This document shows, in pieces, positions 9,295-19,743 of a DNA stretch of 64,000 nucleotides. The notes beneath the pieces are model-generated. The model saw only the letters and a program-made list of their open reading frames with translations. It ran no database searches and was not told where the DNA came from. A program made the position numbers and the translations under genes. How positions within the stretch are numbered: position 1 is the stretch's first letter; each line of letters opens with the position of its first letter. The stretch is from Planctomycetota bacterium (GTDB lineage: Bacteria > Planctomycetota > GCA-002687715 > CAIWVZ01), in assembly GCA_044222185.1 (NCBI GenBank), contig JBGANV010000003.1, forward strand, positions 256,001-320,000, written 5' to 3'.

Positions 9295-10098
9295 TCACTT
9301 CTCCGCGGCTGCGCCTTCGGCCTTGGGCGACGCCGACTGGAGGCGACGGCGGGCCTTCGGGTTCAGGAACGCCTTCAGACGCTCTTTCAGCACCTGCGGC
9401 TTGTCACCGCGTTGGATCGCAAGCACTCCCTCGATCATGAGCGTGCGGATGAGTGCCTCCTCCTTCGCACGCGTATCGAGCTTGCTGGCGAGCGGCATGA
9501 AGATGACGTTCGCGAGCATGGCGCCGTAGAACGTCGCGAGCAGCGAAACGGCCATGGATCCACCGATCGACGAGGGATCGGACAGCTTCGCGAGCATGCC
9601 GACGAGGCCCAGCAGGGTTCCGACCATTCCGTACCCCGGCGCCATGGCGGCTCCGTTGTCGATGATCTTCTTCACCGTGCCGTGGCGCTCCTTCATCGTG
9701 TGCACGTCGGCCTCCAGGATCTCGCGAACCGAGTCGGCCTGGAACCCGTCGACCACGAGCATGATCGCCTTCTGCAGGAACGGGTCCTTGACGTTCTTGA
9801 TCTTCTCCTCGAGCCCAAGGAGGCCTTCGCGCCGTGCGACGGTCGCGTAGTCCGCGAGTCGGTCGATCTCCTCGGGCGGAGACGGCAGCGGGTAGATGAA
9901 GCACTTCTTGATGGACGAGGGAACCGCTGCGCAGAGGTTCATGGGGAACGCGAGCAGCGTCGCCGCCAGCGTGCCACCGAACACGAGGATGATTCCCGGC
10001 AGGTTGATGAAGAGTTCGAAACCGCCTTCGTGGTGCATCATCCAGGCGATGATGCCCAAACCCATGGTCGCACCGATGACGCTCGCGAGATCCATCAC
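9295..10098 (-). CDS. motA: Flagellar stator protein MotA/PomA
   Basis: ARREGLLGLE, APGYGMVGTLLGLV and LLATFYG motifs; four TM segments. Confidence 0.95.
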   Translation of the reverse strand: MMDLASVIGATMGLGIIAWMMHHEGGFELFINLPGIILVFGGTLAATLLAFPMNLCAAVPSSIKKCFIYPLPSPPEEIDRLADYATVARREGLLGLEEKIKNVKDPFLQKAIMLVVDGFQADSVREILEADVHTMKERHGTVKKIIDNGAAMAPGYGMVGTLLGLVGMLAKLSDPSSIGGSMAVSLLATFYGAMLANVIFMPLASKLDTRAKEEALIRTLMIEGVLAIQRGDKPQVLKERLKAFLNPKARRRLQSASPKAEGAAAEK

Positions 10099-10158
10099 AC
10101 TCTCCTCAGACCAAACGCCTGCGGATCCCCGAGATCGAGGAACTCCGCGCCCGGTGCA

Positions 10159-10187
10159 TCATCGACCGCTGGCTCGCCCGGAGCTGA
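10159..10187 (-). promoter_or_regulatory. Possible sigma28-like promoter of motA-motB-motB
   Basis: Minus strand TCAG-N17-GTCGATGA in the 150-bp gap upstream of motA. Confidence 0.35.
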
Positions 10188-10251
10188 ATCGGATGTCGCC
10201 GAGGCGATAGATGCCCGCAGGCGAACGTTCGCGAGTGCGAGCCGTCCCGCG

Positions 10252-10989
10252 CTACTTCGCGGCGGTGGGGGTCTCTGGGTGGCGCTCGTCGGTCGTCAGC
10301 GTCTGCAGCCGCTTGGTGATTGCGACCGCTTCCGGCGTCTTCATGGCGCCGAGGATCTTGCCGGCCTTGCGCTCCGTCATGCGCGAGATGAGCTTCGCCG
10401 CCATGTCCGGATCCAGGTCCTTGAGCTTGGCGGCCGCGTCCTCGGCCGCCATGCCTTCATAGATGCTCGCGAGGCTCTTGAAGTTCTTCACCTCGGTCTT
10501 CTCGACGAAGACGCGTTGTCGGTCCAGTTCGTCCAGCGCGCTCTTCACTTCCTCCCAGTCCTTGTCGAGCTTCGAGCGCGATCGCGCGATCTCCTCGCGT
10601 TGAGCGTCCAGTTCCGCCTTCGCGCGATCGATCTCGCCTCGCTGTTCCAACAGACGCGTCTCGAGCGACTCGGCACGGGATCGAGCCTCCTTCAACTCCA
10701 TCACCATGGTCTTGATCTGATCCACGGTGTAGGGCTCGGGAAGCTTGAAGTCGTGGCGGCTCTCTTCGAGCCACCTGGCCGCCTCGCGGTCGCGGATTTC
10801 CTCCTGCGTCGGCGGCGGGGTCTCCGGAACGTACTTCGGGAAGAACCCACCGATGACGGGCCAATCATGGAAGACGCCCATGGCCTCCGGCTTGTGGTTC
10901 CCCTTGATCATCAGTGCGCCGTGGACCATCCCCGCGAACAAGAGCAGTGCAACCAGGAGTGCACCGAAGACCTTCATCACAAGTCCCAT
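10252..10989 (-). CDS. MotE/FlbB-like flagellar protein (MgtE N-terminal-like domain)
   Basis: N-terminal TM helix, coiled coil, C-terminal 'LASIYEGMAAEDAAAKL...M-ERKAGKILGAM' motif; position after fliJ. Confidence 0.8.
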   Translation of the reverse strand: MGLVMKVFGALLVALLLFAGMVHGALMIKGNHKPEAMGVFHDWPVIGGFFPKYVPETPPPTQEEIRDREAARWLEESRHDFKLPEPYTVDQIKTMVMELKEARSRAESLETRLLEQRGEIDRAKAELDAQREEIARSRSKLDKDWEEVKSALDELDRQRVFVEKTEVKNFKSLASIYEGMAAEDAAAKLKDLDPDMAAKLISRMTERKAGKILGAMKTPEAVAITKRLQTLTTDERHPETPTAAK

Positions 10990-10992
10990 GGA

Positions 10993-11445
10993 TCACCTCG
11001 TTCGGTTGGCGAAGCGCGTGCCGGCGACTTCGTCGAGGAATGCGTTCTCTTCGCGCCGCGACTCTTCGGCCCAGGCCGCCCGCTCCTTCTCTTCCAGTTG
11101 CTCGAACGCCCGGCGCGCGGCCTTGCGCTTCTGCAACTCCTGTTGGGCCGTTCGTACCGCCTGCGCCGCGTCGTCGCGCTCGCGCTCGGCAGCGCGAACG
11201 AGCCGCTCGATTCGACCAGCATGAAGTCCCGTCTGCACGGGAGCCGCAGGATCGGTCGTTCCCCGCGCGAGCAAGACCCCGAGGTCCCGGTAGAGCGTCT
11301 GGTGCTCCGCGCGCAGGCCCATGATCCGCTCCTCGATCGCGCCGAGCGTCTGCATGGCGCGCCGCAAAGCGAGCGCGGCCTGATCCTCTTCGATCCGGCG
11401 TACGTCCAACAGTCGTTTCAGGCGGAAGCGGAAGCGTTTCATCAC
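10993..11445 (-). CDS. fliJ: Flagellar export protein FliJ
   Basis: MKRFRFRLKRLLDVR...E; coiled coil; C-terminal E...LDE; directly after fliI. Confidence 0.9.
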   Translation of the reverse strand: MMKRFRFRLKRLLDVRRIEEDQAALALRRAMQTLGAIEERIMGLRAEHQTLYRDLGVLLARGTTDPAAPVQTGLHAGRIERLVRAAERERDDAAQAVRTAQQELQKRKAARRAFEQLEEKERAAWAEESRREENAFLDEVAGTRFANRTR

Positions 11446-12755
11446 TCGACCTTCTGGCCGATTTCGGTCAGCCGGCGAACCGTGTCGGCGAATGCCCGGC
11501 CATCGCCGGTCTTCTGGGACAGCAGACCGTCAATCTCTTGGATCGAACGAACCGCCTTGTCGACTTTTGGGTCGGCGCCTGGCCGATATGCGCCGACCGC
11601 AATCAGATCGCGAGCATCCTCGTATGTGGCCATGGAGCGCCGGACGCGTGCCGCCGCCTCGAGATGCTCCTTCGCGACGACGCGGGGCATGATGCGCGAG
11701 ACCGACCCTGCGACGTCGACGGCCGGGTACCGGCTGCGGGCGATTGCGCGCGAGAGCACGATGTGCCCATCCAGCAATCCACGCATGGTGTCGGCGACCG
11801 GGTCGTTCATGTCGTCGCCATCGACGAGGACGGTGAACAGGCCCGTGATGCTTCCCGACAGCGTGCGACCCAGCCGCTCCACCAGCTTGGGAACCGTGCT
11901 GAAGAACGACGGCGGATAGCCCTTCACGGTCGGAGGCTCGCCGAGAGCCAGTCCCACCTCGCGACTCGCAGCCGCGAAACGGGTGACCGAATCCAGCATC
12001 AGCATGACGTCCGCGCCCTGGTCGCGGAACCACTCGGCGATGGCCACGGCCGTGTACGCAGCCTTGATGCGGATCAACGGAGGTGTGTCGCTCGTGGCGG
12101 CGACCACCACCGAGCGTCGCAGGCCGTCCTCGCCGAGCGTCTCCTCGATGAACGCGCCGACCTCGCGACCGCGCTCACCCACCAGGGCGATCACGTTCAC
12201 GTCTGCGAGCGTTTCACGTGCGATGTCGCCGAGGAGCGTGCTCTTGCCGACGCCCGAGCCGGCGAAGATGCCCACGCGCTGCCCGCGTCCGAGGGTGAGG
12301 AACCCGTCGATGACGGACACGCCGGTCTCGAGCGGCTGATCGATGTTGCGGCGGTGCAGCGGGGACGGCGCGTCCTTCACGAGAGCAACGGCCTCCCCCC
12401 GCGGCAGCGGCCCCTTGTCGTCGATGGGGCGACCCAGGCCGTCGAGGATGCGCCCGAGGATCTGCTGGCTGACGGTGACCGTGGGTCGTTGGTGCATGGG
12501 GGTGACGAGGGCACCAGCAACGAGACCGTCCGCGTCCCCGAGCGGCATGAGAAGCGAGTGTCCCTCTTCGAATCCGACGACCTCACAGAGCAGCGGCGAC
12601 ATCGCGCCGCGATCGATCGAGCAAAGCTCGCCGAGCGGCACGGTGACGCCGCGGCAGGCGATCGTCAGCCCGACCATCCGGGTGACGCGCCCGGTCTGGC
12701 GAATCGATGGGACGCGGCTCGCGGCCGCGAGGTACGTCGCGACGTCACGCATCAT
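11442..12755 (-). CDS. fliI: Flagellar export ATPase FliI
   Basis: Walker A AGSGVGKST; GERGREV; DSVTRFA; GEPP; DGHIVLSR. Confidence 0.97.
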   Translation of the reverse strand: MMRDVATYLAAASRVPSIRQTGRVTRMVGLTIACRGVTVPLGELCSIDRGAMSPLLCEVVGFEEGHSLLMPLGDADGLVAGALVTPMHQRPTVTVSQQILGRILDGLGRPIDDKGPLPRGEAVALVKDAPSPLHRRNIDQPLETGVSVIDGFLTLGRGQRVGIFAGSGVGKSTLLGDIARETLADVNVIALVGERGREVGAFIEETLGEDGLRRSVVVAATSDTPPLIRIKAAYTAVAIAEWFRDQGADVMLMLDSVTRFAAASREVGLALGEPPTVKGYPPSFFSTVPKLVERLGRTLSGSITGLFTVLVDGDDMNDPVADTMRGLLDGHIVLSRAIARSRYPAVDVAGSVSRIMPRVVAKEHLEAAARVRRSMATYEDARDLIAVGAYRPGADPKVDKAVRSIQEIDGLLSQKTGDGRAFADTVRRLTEIGQKVE

Positions 12756-13437
12756 CCCGGTCCTCCAACGCCATGGCGCGCAGCCGCTCGCCGATCACTG
12801 AAAGCCGTGCATGGACGTCCGTCGAGAGCTCGGCGCCGCCCGCTCGTACCTGGCATCCCGCCCGCGGAACGCCTGCGTCCGCATGCAAGCGCACGCGCGA
12901 CCACGAGTCGGACAGCGCGTTGGCGGCCTCGCCGCCCGACGCACGACTTTGCGCCCGGACGACCTCGAGTTCTGCGAGGTCTGCGGGGTTCAGTGCCACG
13001 ATCACGGCCTGGTCGCCGATCGATGGCACCGCCTCATGGAGCACCGTGTCCACCATCTTCTTCACGTCGTGCGCGGACTGGCGAACGGCATTCCCCACGA
13101 GGATTTCTGCGACGCCGAGGGCGACCTCCACGGCGAACTGGGCCGTCAGCTTCCGCTCGTCCTCACGTTGGTGAGCCAACGCCTCGGCGGCGCGCTCGAG
13201 GTCCACGATCATGGCGTTGAAGCGTGAATCCAGGTTCTTGCGTTCGAACTCACACCCTCGCTCGAACGCGCGCCGCTGGAGGTCCTTGAGTTCGGCGACG
13301 GACAGGCCAGGCGCCGGAGGCGCGACGGCGGAGGGCGCGGCGGCCGGTTGAGCCCCCGCCGCCGGCGCCGGCACTGACGTCGGCGCCGCGCGGAACGAAA
13401 CGAGCCCTCGCGGGAGGATCAGCCGCTCATGTGACAT
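12745..13437 (-). CDS. fliH: Flagellar assembly protein FliH
   Basis: Between fliG and fliI; AFERG motif, LNPADL and GCQV C-terminal motifs. Confidence 0.85.
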   Translation of the reverse strand: MSHERLILPRGLVSFRAAPTSVPAPAAGAQPAAAPSAVAPPAPGLSVAELKDLQRRAFERGCEFERKNLDSRFNAMIVDLERAAEALAHQREDERKLTAQFAVEVALGVAEILVGNAVRQSAHDVKKMVDTVLHEAVPSIGDQAVIVALNPADLAELEVVRAQSRASGGEAANALSDSWSRVRLHADAGVPRAGCQVRAGGAELSTDVHARLSVIGERLRAMALEDRDDA

Positions 13438-14452
13438 AGACGGCGTCCTTCCCACGGGCGATGGAGATCTCGCCCTTCGAGATCAGATCGCGGATCGAAT
13501 TCAGGATCTGGTTGCGTGCGTCGAGCACGTCCTTCAGCGGAACACTGCCCAACAGCTCGCGCTCGTCCTTGATCATGTCCGCCGTGCGCGACGAGACGGC
13601 GGAGAGGACCTTGGCTCCCACACCGGATTCGTCCGAGCCCTTGAGCGACATGGCGAGGAGCCGCGTGTCCGTGTCGGCGAGCACGCGCTGCATCGTCCGC
13701 TTGTCGAGTGACAGGAGATCGGTCCACTCGAACATCTTCTCGCGGATCTTCTTCGCCAGATCTTCGTTCTTCGTCGTGAGGCTGTCGAGCACGAGCTTGT
13801 CGTTGCCCGGCTGCGCCGACAACAGGATGCGCGCCACGGTCTCGAGCCGCGGGTCGGTGGCATTCGGATCCTTCTCTCCCCCGCGCTTGAGTCCGCGGGT
13901 GCGTTCGATGACTTCGTGAGCGACGGTCTTGACGAGACGCGCTGGAGGCTCCTCCGTCGCTGCGATCCGAGCGACGAGGGCCGGGCGCAGGTCCTCGGGG
14001 ATCTCGTCCAGCACGGACGCGGCGAGATCGTGATCGAGGTGCATGAGCACCAAAGCCTGCACCTGCGGATGTTCCGTCAGGAGGACCTTCGCCAGGTCGC
14101 CACCCTTCAGGCCCCGAAGCGCCCGGAACGGATGTGAGGTCTTGGACTCCTCGCGAAGCTGCGTGATCCGCTTGCGCGCCTCCTCGGGCCCGTGGACGTG
14201 TGCGAGCAGCTCGTTCAACGTCTTCTCGATGTTCGTGATGGCCGATCCGCCTTCCTTCAGGAGCTTGCGGAACTCGTCCACGATGGACGTGATGCTGGAC
14301 TCGTCGAGATCCAGGTTCTCGAGCTCGAGCAGCGCCTGGGTGATCATCTGCTGCTCGTCCTCTTCGAACGTCTTGAGCAGCTTGACGGCCGTCTCGCGAT
14401 TCACCACCGCGAGCACCACCGCGATCTTCTGGATTCCACTCAGCTTGGCCAT
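13427..14452 (-). CDS. fliG: Flagellar motor switch protein FliG
   Basis: LSGIQKIAVVL N-terminus, EHPQ motif, KMFEW, torque helix SSRTADMIKDE. Confidence 0.95.
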   Translation of the reverse strand: MAKLSGIQKIAVVLAVVNRETAVKLLKTFEEDEQQMITQALLELENLDLDESSITSIVDEFRKLLKEGGSAITNIEKTLNELLAHVHGPEEARKRITQLREESKTSHPFRALRGLKGGDLAKVLLTEHPQVQALVLMHLDHDLAASVLDEIPEDLRPALVARIAATEEPPARLVKTVAHEVIERTRGLKRGGEKDPNATDPRLETVARILLSAQPGNDKLVLDSLTTKNEDLAKKIREKMFEWTDLLSLDKRTMQRVLADTDTRLLAMSLKGSDESGVGAKVLSAVSSRTADMIKDERELLGSVPLKDVLDARNQILNSIRDLISKGEISIARGKDAVYVT

Positions 14453-14462
14453 CTGTCGTCCA

Positions 14463-15947
14463 TCAACCCTTCGCCGTCTCGTACAGCCAGTTGCGCAGGA
14501 GCTTGCTCACGGCCTGGGCATCCCGATCGATGACCTGGGAGATCTCGACCGTGGGATCGGAGCGCCGGGACTCTTCCTTCGGCTCGGATTGAGCATCCTC
14601 GAACGCGGTCCTCATGGTGGCGCGCGCCGCCTTCACCGACTTCAACACCATCAGTCCGATGATGATCGACGCGATGCCCGTGACGCCCCACTTGATCATC
14701 TCGATCACGGAGGGAAGCTCCAGGCCCGCGATCCCTCCCGGTGCCGCCGGCTCGACGGGCTTGGGCGGCTCGGCAAACGGAACGACCGCGAGCTCGATGT
14801 AGTCCTTGCGGGCCTCGTCGAAGCCCACCGCGCCCTTGACGATTCCCTTCACCTGGTCCTGGCTCGCCTCGAAGGACTTGTCGAGGAGCACGCTGACGGT
14901 GAGCCGCTTCACGATCCCGATCCGCTCCGTGGTCGTGTGGGTCGTCTCGCGCGTGTACTCGAACTTGCTCTCGATCTCCTCCGACTTCCCGCCAGAGGAT
15001 GCGGCGGTCGCACCTTCGGTCTCCGCGCGCGTTCCGACGGGACCGGCGGGCTTCGAGCCTCCCCCATCGGCCGAGTTCGTGACCTTCTCCGACATCGTGA
15101 CCTTCGAGTCCGGCTTGATCGCCGAGGTCGTGTTGTCGGTCGTCTCGCTCTCGACGACGGCATCGACCCGAACGACGGCGTGGTTGGGCCCGAGCGCCGC
15201 ATCCAACGCGGACTGGGCCTTGTTCGCCAGGTAGATCTCCCGCGCGCGGGCTTGGGTGAGCATGCCGGCACCATCCGAGTCACGCCCTGGCACCGAGAGC
15301 GCCGTTCCGCGTGTATCGGTGATGACGACGTTCGAGCGGGTCAGCCCCGGAGCCGCGTTCGCGACGACGAGCGTCATCGCTTCGACCGTGCTCGGGTCGA
15401 ACACGTGCCCGGGCTTCGTCTTGATCACGACCGAAGCCTTGGCCGGGAGCGCGTCCTTGCGGCTGAACCCTCGCTCACTCGGGACGAGGTGGACCTTCAC
15501 GGAGTCCACGCCCTCGAACTGCTTCAGCGAGCGCGCGATCTCCTCCTCCTGCGCGATGCGGACCCGGAGCTTCTGCTGCTCCTCCGTCAGTCCGAAGCTC
15601 ATGTTGGTGATCCCGCGATAACCCAGCAGATCACCATCCACGGGAAAGAGTTGCTGCTGGACCGCCACGGTCTGCGCGCGCTCGAAATCGCGGACGTCGA
15701 CCATGATCTCGCGCCCGTCGTTCTCCAGGCGGTAGCGGATGCCGGCCTCGTCCAGGCGCGTCAGCGCCTTCGATGCCGTCTCGCGATCGAGGTTGCCGCG
15801 CAAGAGCCGGAACGACGGACTGCCGCCCCAGAACGCCGCGGCGATCATCCCACCCACGCACAACGCGATGACTCCGATCATGAGGGCGCGTTGCGCGCCG
15901 TTCATTCGGGCCCAGATCTTCTTCAGGTTTTGGATGATGGCTGGCAT
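14463..15947 (-). CDS. fliF: Flagellar MS-ring protein FliF
   Basis: Two TM segments; EEEIARSL, VHLV, KASV, RLTVSVL and GFDEARKD motifs; C-terminal LLRNWL. Confidence 0.95.
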   Translation of the reverse strand: MPAIIQNLKKIWARMNGAQRALMIGVIALCVGGMIAAAFWGGSPSFRLLRGNLDRETASKALTRLDEAGIRYRLENDGREIMVDVRDFERAQTVAVQQQLFPVDGDLLGYRGITNMSFGLTEEQQKLRVRIAQEEEIARSLKQFEGVDSVKVHLVPSERGFSRKDALPAKASVVIKTKPGHVFDPSTVEAMTLVVANAAPGLTRSNVVITDTRGTALSVPGRDSDGAGMLTQARAREIYLANKAQSALDAALGPNHAVVRVDAVVESETTDNTTSAIKPDSKVTMSEKVTNSADGGGSKPAGPVGTRAETEGATAASSGGKSEEIESKFEYTRETTHTTTERIGIVKRLTVSVLLDKSFEASQDQVKGIVKGAVGFDEARKDYIELAVVPFAEPPKPVEPAAPGGIAGLELPSVIEMIKWGVTGIASIIIGLMVLKSVKAARATMRTAFEDAQSEPKEESRRSDPTVEISQVIDRDAQAVSKLLRNWLYETAKG

Positions 15948-15969
15948 GTGTCTTCAATTCGTTGGAGCA

Positions 15970-16284
15970 CTACACCTGCATGCGCATGACTTCCTGGTAT
16001 GCATCCAGGAGCTTGTTGCGGACCTCGAGCATCATGCGGAACGAGAGGTCGGCGCGGTTCATCGCCAGCATCACCTGGTGGACGTCGCCGATCTCGCCTG
16101 TCCCGAGTTTCGTGACCATCTCGTCCGCTTCCGTCTGGAGGCGGTTCGTCTCGCCGACGGCGTTCTTGATCGCCGTCGAGAATCCGGCGCCCTTGTCGCC
16201 CGGCTCCTGGGTCTTGCCCGCGGCCTTGAACGCGGCCTCGTAGGCCTGACCTCCGCCGGATCCGATGACGCTGAGTGGGTTCAT
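15970..16284 (-). CDS. fliE: Flagellar hook-basal body protein FliE
   Basis: DVHQVMLAM...EVRNKLLDAYQEVMRMQV signature. Confidence 0.97.
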   Translation of the reverse strand: MNPLSVIGSGGGQAYEAAFKAAGKTQEPGDKGAGFSTAIKNAVGETNRLQTEADEMVTKLGTGEIGDVHQVMLAMNRADLSFRMMLEVRNKLLDAYQEVMRMQV

Positions 16285-16290
16285 CTCTCA

Positions 16291-16704
16291 TCACCTCCCG
16301 AGCTGCAGGGCCTGCTCGATCATGCTCTTGAACTGGCGTGAGGCCTGGAGGTTCGCTTCGTACGCCCGCGAGGCCGAGAGCATGTCGACCATCTCGAAGA
16401 CCGGCGTCACGTTCGGCATCGTGACGTTGCCGTCCTTGTCGGCGTACGGGCTGTCGGGCCGGTGCACGACCGGAAGCGGCGTCTTGTCGTCCTCGACGAC
16501 GCCGCGGGCGTGGACCATCCCGTTCTGCACCTTGTCGAGAAGCGTCTCGAAGACCACTTCCTTGCGGCGGTACGGCTTGCCGTCGCCGCGGTTCATGTCT
16601 TCCGCGTGGGCGATGTTCTCCGCGACGACGTCCATGCGAACGCGTTGCGCGGTCATCCCCGAGCCCGTGATGGCGAGTGCTCCGAACATTCGGTCGAAGT
16701 TCAT
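16291..16704 (-). CDS. flgC: Flagellar basal-body rod protein FlgC
   Basis: SGMTAQRVRMDVVAENIA, PYRRK, MPNV, ASRAYEAN. Confidence 0.97.
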   Translation of the reverse strand: MNFDRMFGALAITGSGMTAQRVRMDVVAENIAHAEDMNRGDGKPYRRKEVVFETLLDKVQNGMVHARGVVEDDKTPLPVVHRPDSPYADKDGNVTMPNVTPVFEMVDMLSASRAYEANLQASRQFKSMIEQALQLGR

Positions 16705-16715
16705 GGATCAGGTCC

Positions 16716-17078
16716 TCAGAGGCTGCGACCCGCGATGGCGCTGCGCATTTCGTGGGTCTTGAGATTGACGATTGCGAGTGCGGTCTGGTGGATCAGGGCG
16801 TTCTTGCCTGCTTCGGCGACCTCCTGCTCGAGGTCGACGTCGTTGCCGTTCGGCTTCGCGGGCCCACCCCGACCGACGACCGTGAATTCCGCTTCCGGGA
16901 CGTTGTCGGCGTCCGGATTCATCAGAGCCGTGTCGAGTGCCTTGCCGAAGTCCAGGTCTTTCGCCTTGTAGTTCGGCGTGTCGGCGTTGGCGATGTTCTG
17001 CGCGATGAGACGCTGCCGGCTCGCAGTCGCGTCGAGCATCACGCGGAGGAGGGGTTCGTTTCGACCGAGTGGGTTCAT
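16716..17078 (-). CDS. flgB: Flagellar basal-body rod protein FlgB
   Basis: RQRLIAQNIANADTPNYKAKDLDF; NGNDVDLEQE. Confidence 0.96.
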   Translation of the reverse strand: MNPLGRNEPLLRVMLDATASRQRLIAQNIANADTPNYKAKDLDFGKALDTALMNPDADNVPEAEFTVVGRGGPAKPNGNDVDLEQEVAEAGKNALIHQTALAIVNLKTHEMRSAIAGRSL

Positions 17079-17080
17079 GG

Positions 17081-18454
17081 TCAGGCACTCACGACCTGGG
17101 ACAGGAGTCCCTGGCTCCGATAAAGGCGCAGCTTGTTGCTCAGCGTCCGCGTCGTGACGCCCAGGACCCGAGCCGCCTCCGTGCGGTTCCAGCCGGTCAT
17201 GTCGAGGGTGCGCAGGATCAGATGGCGCTCCGTCTCGTCGATGGTGAGCCCGAGCGGAACGACGACGGCGCGCGGTGCCGCGCCCTGGGCCGGCAGTCCC
17301 AGGTCCTCCGCGAGGATCGTGTCCCCGCCGGCGCGGAGGATCCCTCGCTGGACGACGTTCACGAGCTCACGCACGTTCCCGGGCCAGTCGTAGGCCGCCA
17401 TCGTCATGAGCGCGCGGTCGTCGAACTTGCGCGCGGATCCACCGAGCTCGCGGCGGAACTGATCGAGGAAGTGCGCGGCGAGCGGGGCGAGATCGTCGCG
17501 ACGATCGCGCAGCGGCGGCAGCGTGACCGGGAACACGTTGAGGCGATAGAAGAGGTCTTCGCGGAACCGGCCTTCACCGATCGCCGCCTCGAGGTCTCGG
17601 TTCGTCGCAGCGACGATGCGGACGTCGGCTTTCATCGTCCGCGTCCCACCGACGCGCTCGAACTCGCCCACCTCGAGAACGCGCAGGAGCTTGGATTGGA
17701 CCTCCGGAGCCACCTCGCCGATCTCGTCGAGGAACAACGTGCCGCCTTGGGCGAGCTCGAAGCGGCCCTCCTTGCGCTGGTGCGCGCCCGTGAACGCCCC
17801 CTTCTCGTGCCCGAAGAGCTCGGAGGTGAGCAGCGTTTCCGTCAAGGCCGCGCAGTTCACGCGGACGAAGGGTCCGCTCGCGCGCTGTGAGTTCTCGTGG
17901 ATGAGGCTCGCGACCAGTTCCTTGCCGGTGCCGCTTTCGCCGCGGATCAGCACGGTCGCGTTCGTGCGGGCGACGCGTTCGGCGAGCGTGAGGGCGTCAC
18001 GGAAGCCGCGGTTGCGACCGATGAGGCGCGTCCGCGTCGGTCGCGACGGCTCGAGGCAAGCCTTCAACGTGCGGTTCTCGCGTTCGAGACGAGCTTGTCC
18101 CTGCACGCGGCGCAGGACCAGGTCGAGCTGATCCGGCGACAGCGGCTTCAGGAGGAAGTCGGCGGCGCCGTCGCGCATGGCTTCGACGGCGGTTTCCACG
18201 GCGCCGAACGCCGTCAGGACGACCACCGGCCGGGCAGGGGCTCGCTCGCGCGACGCCCTCAGGACGGCGAGTCCGTCGGCCCCCGGCAGCCGCAGGTCGG
18301 TGATGACGAGATCGAACTCCTCGCGCTCGATGAGGGCGATGCCCGCGCTTCCGTCGGCGGCGGCGCGCGTCTCCAGGCCATTGGCCTCGATCGCTTCCAC
18401 CAGGAACTCGCGAGACAGGGCGTCGTCGTCGACGATCAGTACGCGTTGAATCAC
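17081..18454 (-). CDS. Sigma54-dependent response regulator (FleR/FlrC-like)
   Basis: REC domain (VDDD, ITDLRLP with Asp), [14 protein letters not shown], Fis-type HTH; immediately upstream of flgB. Confidence 0.93.
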   Translation of the reverse strand: MIQRVLIVDDDALSREFLVEAIEANGLETRAAADGSAGIALIEREEFDLVITDLRLPGADGLAVLRASRERAPARPVVVLTAFGAVETAVEAMRDGAADFLLKPLSPDQLDLVLRRVQGQARLERENRTLKACLEPSRPTRTRLIGRNRGFRDALTLAERVARTNATVLIRGESGTGKELVASLIHENSQRASGPFVRVNCAALTETLLTSELFGHEKGAFTGAHQRKEGRFELAQGGTLFLDEIGEVAPEVQSKLLRVLEVGEFERVGGTRTMKADVRIVAATNRDLEAAIGEGRFREDLFYRLNVFPVTLPPLRDRRDDLAPLAAHFLDQFRRELGGSARKFDDRALMTMAAYDWPGNVRELVNVVQRGILRAGGDTILAEDLGLPAQGAAPRAVVVPLGLTIDETERHLILRTLDMTGWNRTEAARVLGVTTRTLSNKLRLYRSQGLLSQVVSA

Positions 18455-19743
18455 GTCATCCCTCCGGCGGCGAGCGCAGCGGGCTCAGCCGCCGTTCGCG
18501 AAGCCGCCACGCAACGATCGGGCAGGGTGACGAGGAAACCAGCGCCTCCGAGCCGCCCGTCGACGAGTTGGAGCTCGCCGCCGTGCACCTCGATGAGCTT
18601 GCGGGCGACGGCGAGGCCGAGCCCGGTTCCCGACGCCTTGCCGGTGATGAACGGACGGAAGAGCTTGCGGCGCAGATCGGACGGCACACCCGGGCCGGTG
18701 TCGTCGACGCGGATGCTCAGGCCCGTCGACGAGCGGTCGATCGCGACGACGACCCGACCGTCGGGTCCCGTCGCTTCCAGAGCGTTCTTGAGCAGGTTCG
18801 AGAGCACGATCTTCAGCTTGACGCGATCCGCCAAGAGGTTCGTGACCTCACGAATCCCCGTGCATTCGATGGCGGCGTGCCGTTGCGCGCCCGCGAGCAC
18901 GGGCGCATCGCCGATGACTTCCCCGACGAGCTCCGGGAGGCCGAAGGTCGAGCGCGCGAGGCGCTCCGGCCGAGCCCAAAGCAGAAGGTTCGTCACGATC
19001 TCGTTCACCTCGCCGACACCCCGGCGCACGCGATCGACGTAACGCTGCGCCTGCACTCGGTCGATGCCCTCGGCGGAGGCGAGCATGCGAGCGAGCAGCC
19101 CGGCAAAACCCTCGATGCCGTTCAGCGGGTTGCGGATCTCGTGCGCGATTCCGGCCGCCATTTCTCCCAGAGCCGCAAGCGTGTCCAGACGGTTCAACTG
19201 CGTGCGCAGGTGAGACACCTCAGTGAGGTCGGAGATGACCTCGATGCGACCGCCGTCTTCGAGCGTGGCGACGACCGATGACACGCGACGCCGCGACCCG
19301 TCGAACGACTCGACGTCGCGCTCGACCGGGCCCTGTCCACCGCCGAGCAAGGCGAGAAGCGGCGTTCCGTCGCGTGCCGAGACCGCGCGCGCATCGCGCC
19401 CGATCAACTCGAAGGCCGCACGTCCGAGAATGCGCTCGGCGGCCCGATTCATGCTGACGATGCTGCCGTCCCGATCGCAGGCGATCACACCGCACGGGAT
19501 CGCATCCAGCACGCCGTGAAGGTGCCCGGTCACCTGCTCGAGCTCGACGACCTTCTCACGGAGCTGGCCGTTGGCCTCACGCAGGCGCTGGTCCACGCTC
19601 TCGGCACGCATGCGAAGCCGGCCATACGCGGCCTCGAGGTCTCGCGTCACGCGGGTGAAGACGTGGAAGCTCTCCGTGAGCTTCGAGATGTCCTCGACCT
19701 GCGGAGCCGCAGCGGCAGCGCTTTCGATTTCGAGTCCACTCAC
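18451..19743 (-). CDS. Cytoplasmic PAS sensor histidine kinase (FleS/FlrB-like)
   Basis: GTG start overlaps the upstream stop (GTGA); coiled coil, PAS, H-box [25 protein letters not shown]; no TM. The longer 701-aa ORF start is spurious. Confidence 0.9.
   Translation of the reverse strand: MSGLEIESAAAAAPQVEDISKLTESFHVFTRVTRDLEAAYGRLRMRAESVDQRLREANGQLREKVVELEQVTGHLHGVLDAIPCGVIACDRDGSIVSMNRAAERILGRAAFELIGRDARAVSARDGTPLLALLGGGQGPVERDVESFDGSRRRVSSVVATLEDGGRIEVISDLTEVSHLRTQLNRLDTLAALGEMAAGIAHEIRNPLNGIEGFAGLLARMLASAEGIDRVQAQRYVDRVRRGVGEVNEIVTNLLLWARPERLARSTFGLPELVGEVIGDAPVLAGAQRHAAIECTGIREVTNLLADRVKLKIVLSNLLKNALEATGPDGRVVVAIDRSSTGLSIRVDDTGPGVPSDLRRKLFRPFITGKASGTGLGLAVARKLIEVHGGELQLVDGRLGGAGFLVTLPDRCVAASRTAAEPAALAAGGMT

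Noticed and set aside
9295-10098. Assigning Na+ versus H+ coupling to the stator
   Set aside because: MotA has GT and ATFYG, i.e. only two of the three PomA-type threonines, so the ion cannot be called from sequence.
9412-11919. 835-aa plus-strand ORF and similar long ORFs (903..2837, 11538..13220, 14043..15989, 22944..24869, 30376..32367, 49359..51749)
   Set aside because: Antisense shadows of well-supported genes, expected in high-GC DNA; Arg/Gly-rich and motif-free.
11442-17078. Non-flagellar type III secretion system
   Set aside because: Rod genes flgB/flgC, fliE, fliG, stators, fliD and fliS identify it as flagellar.
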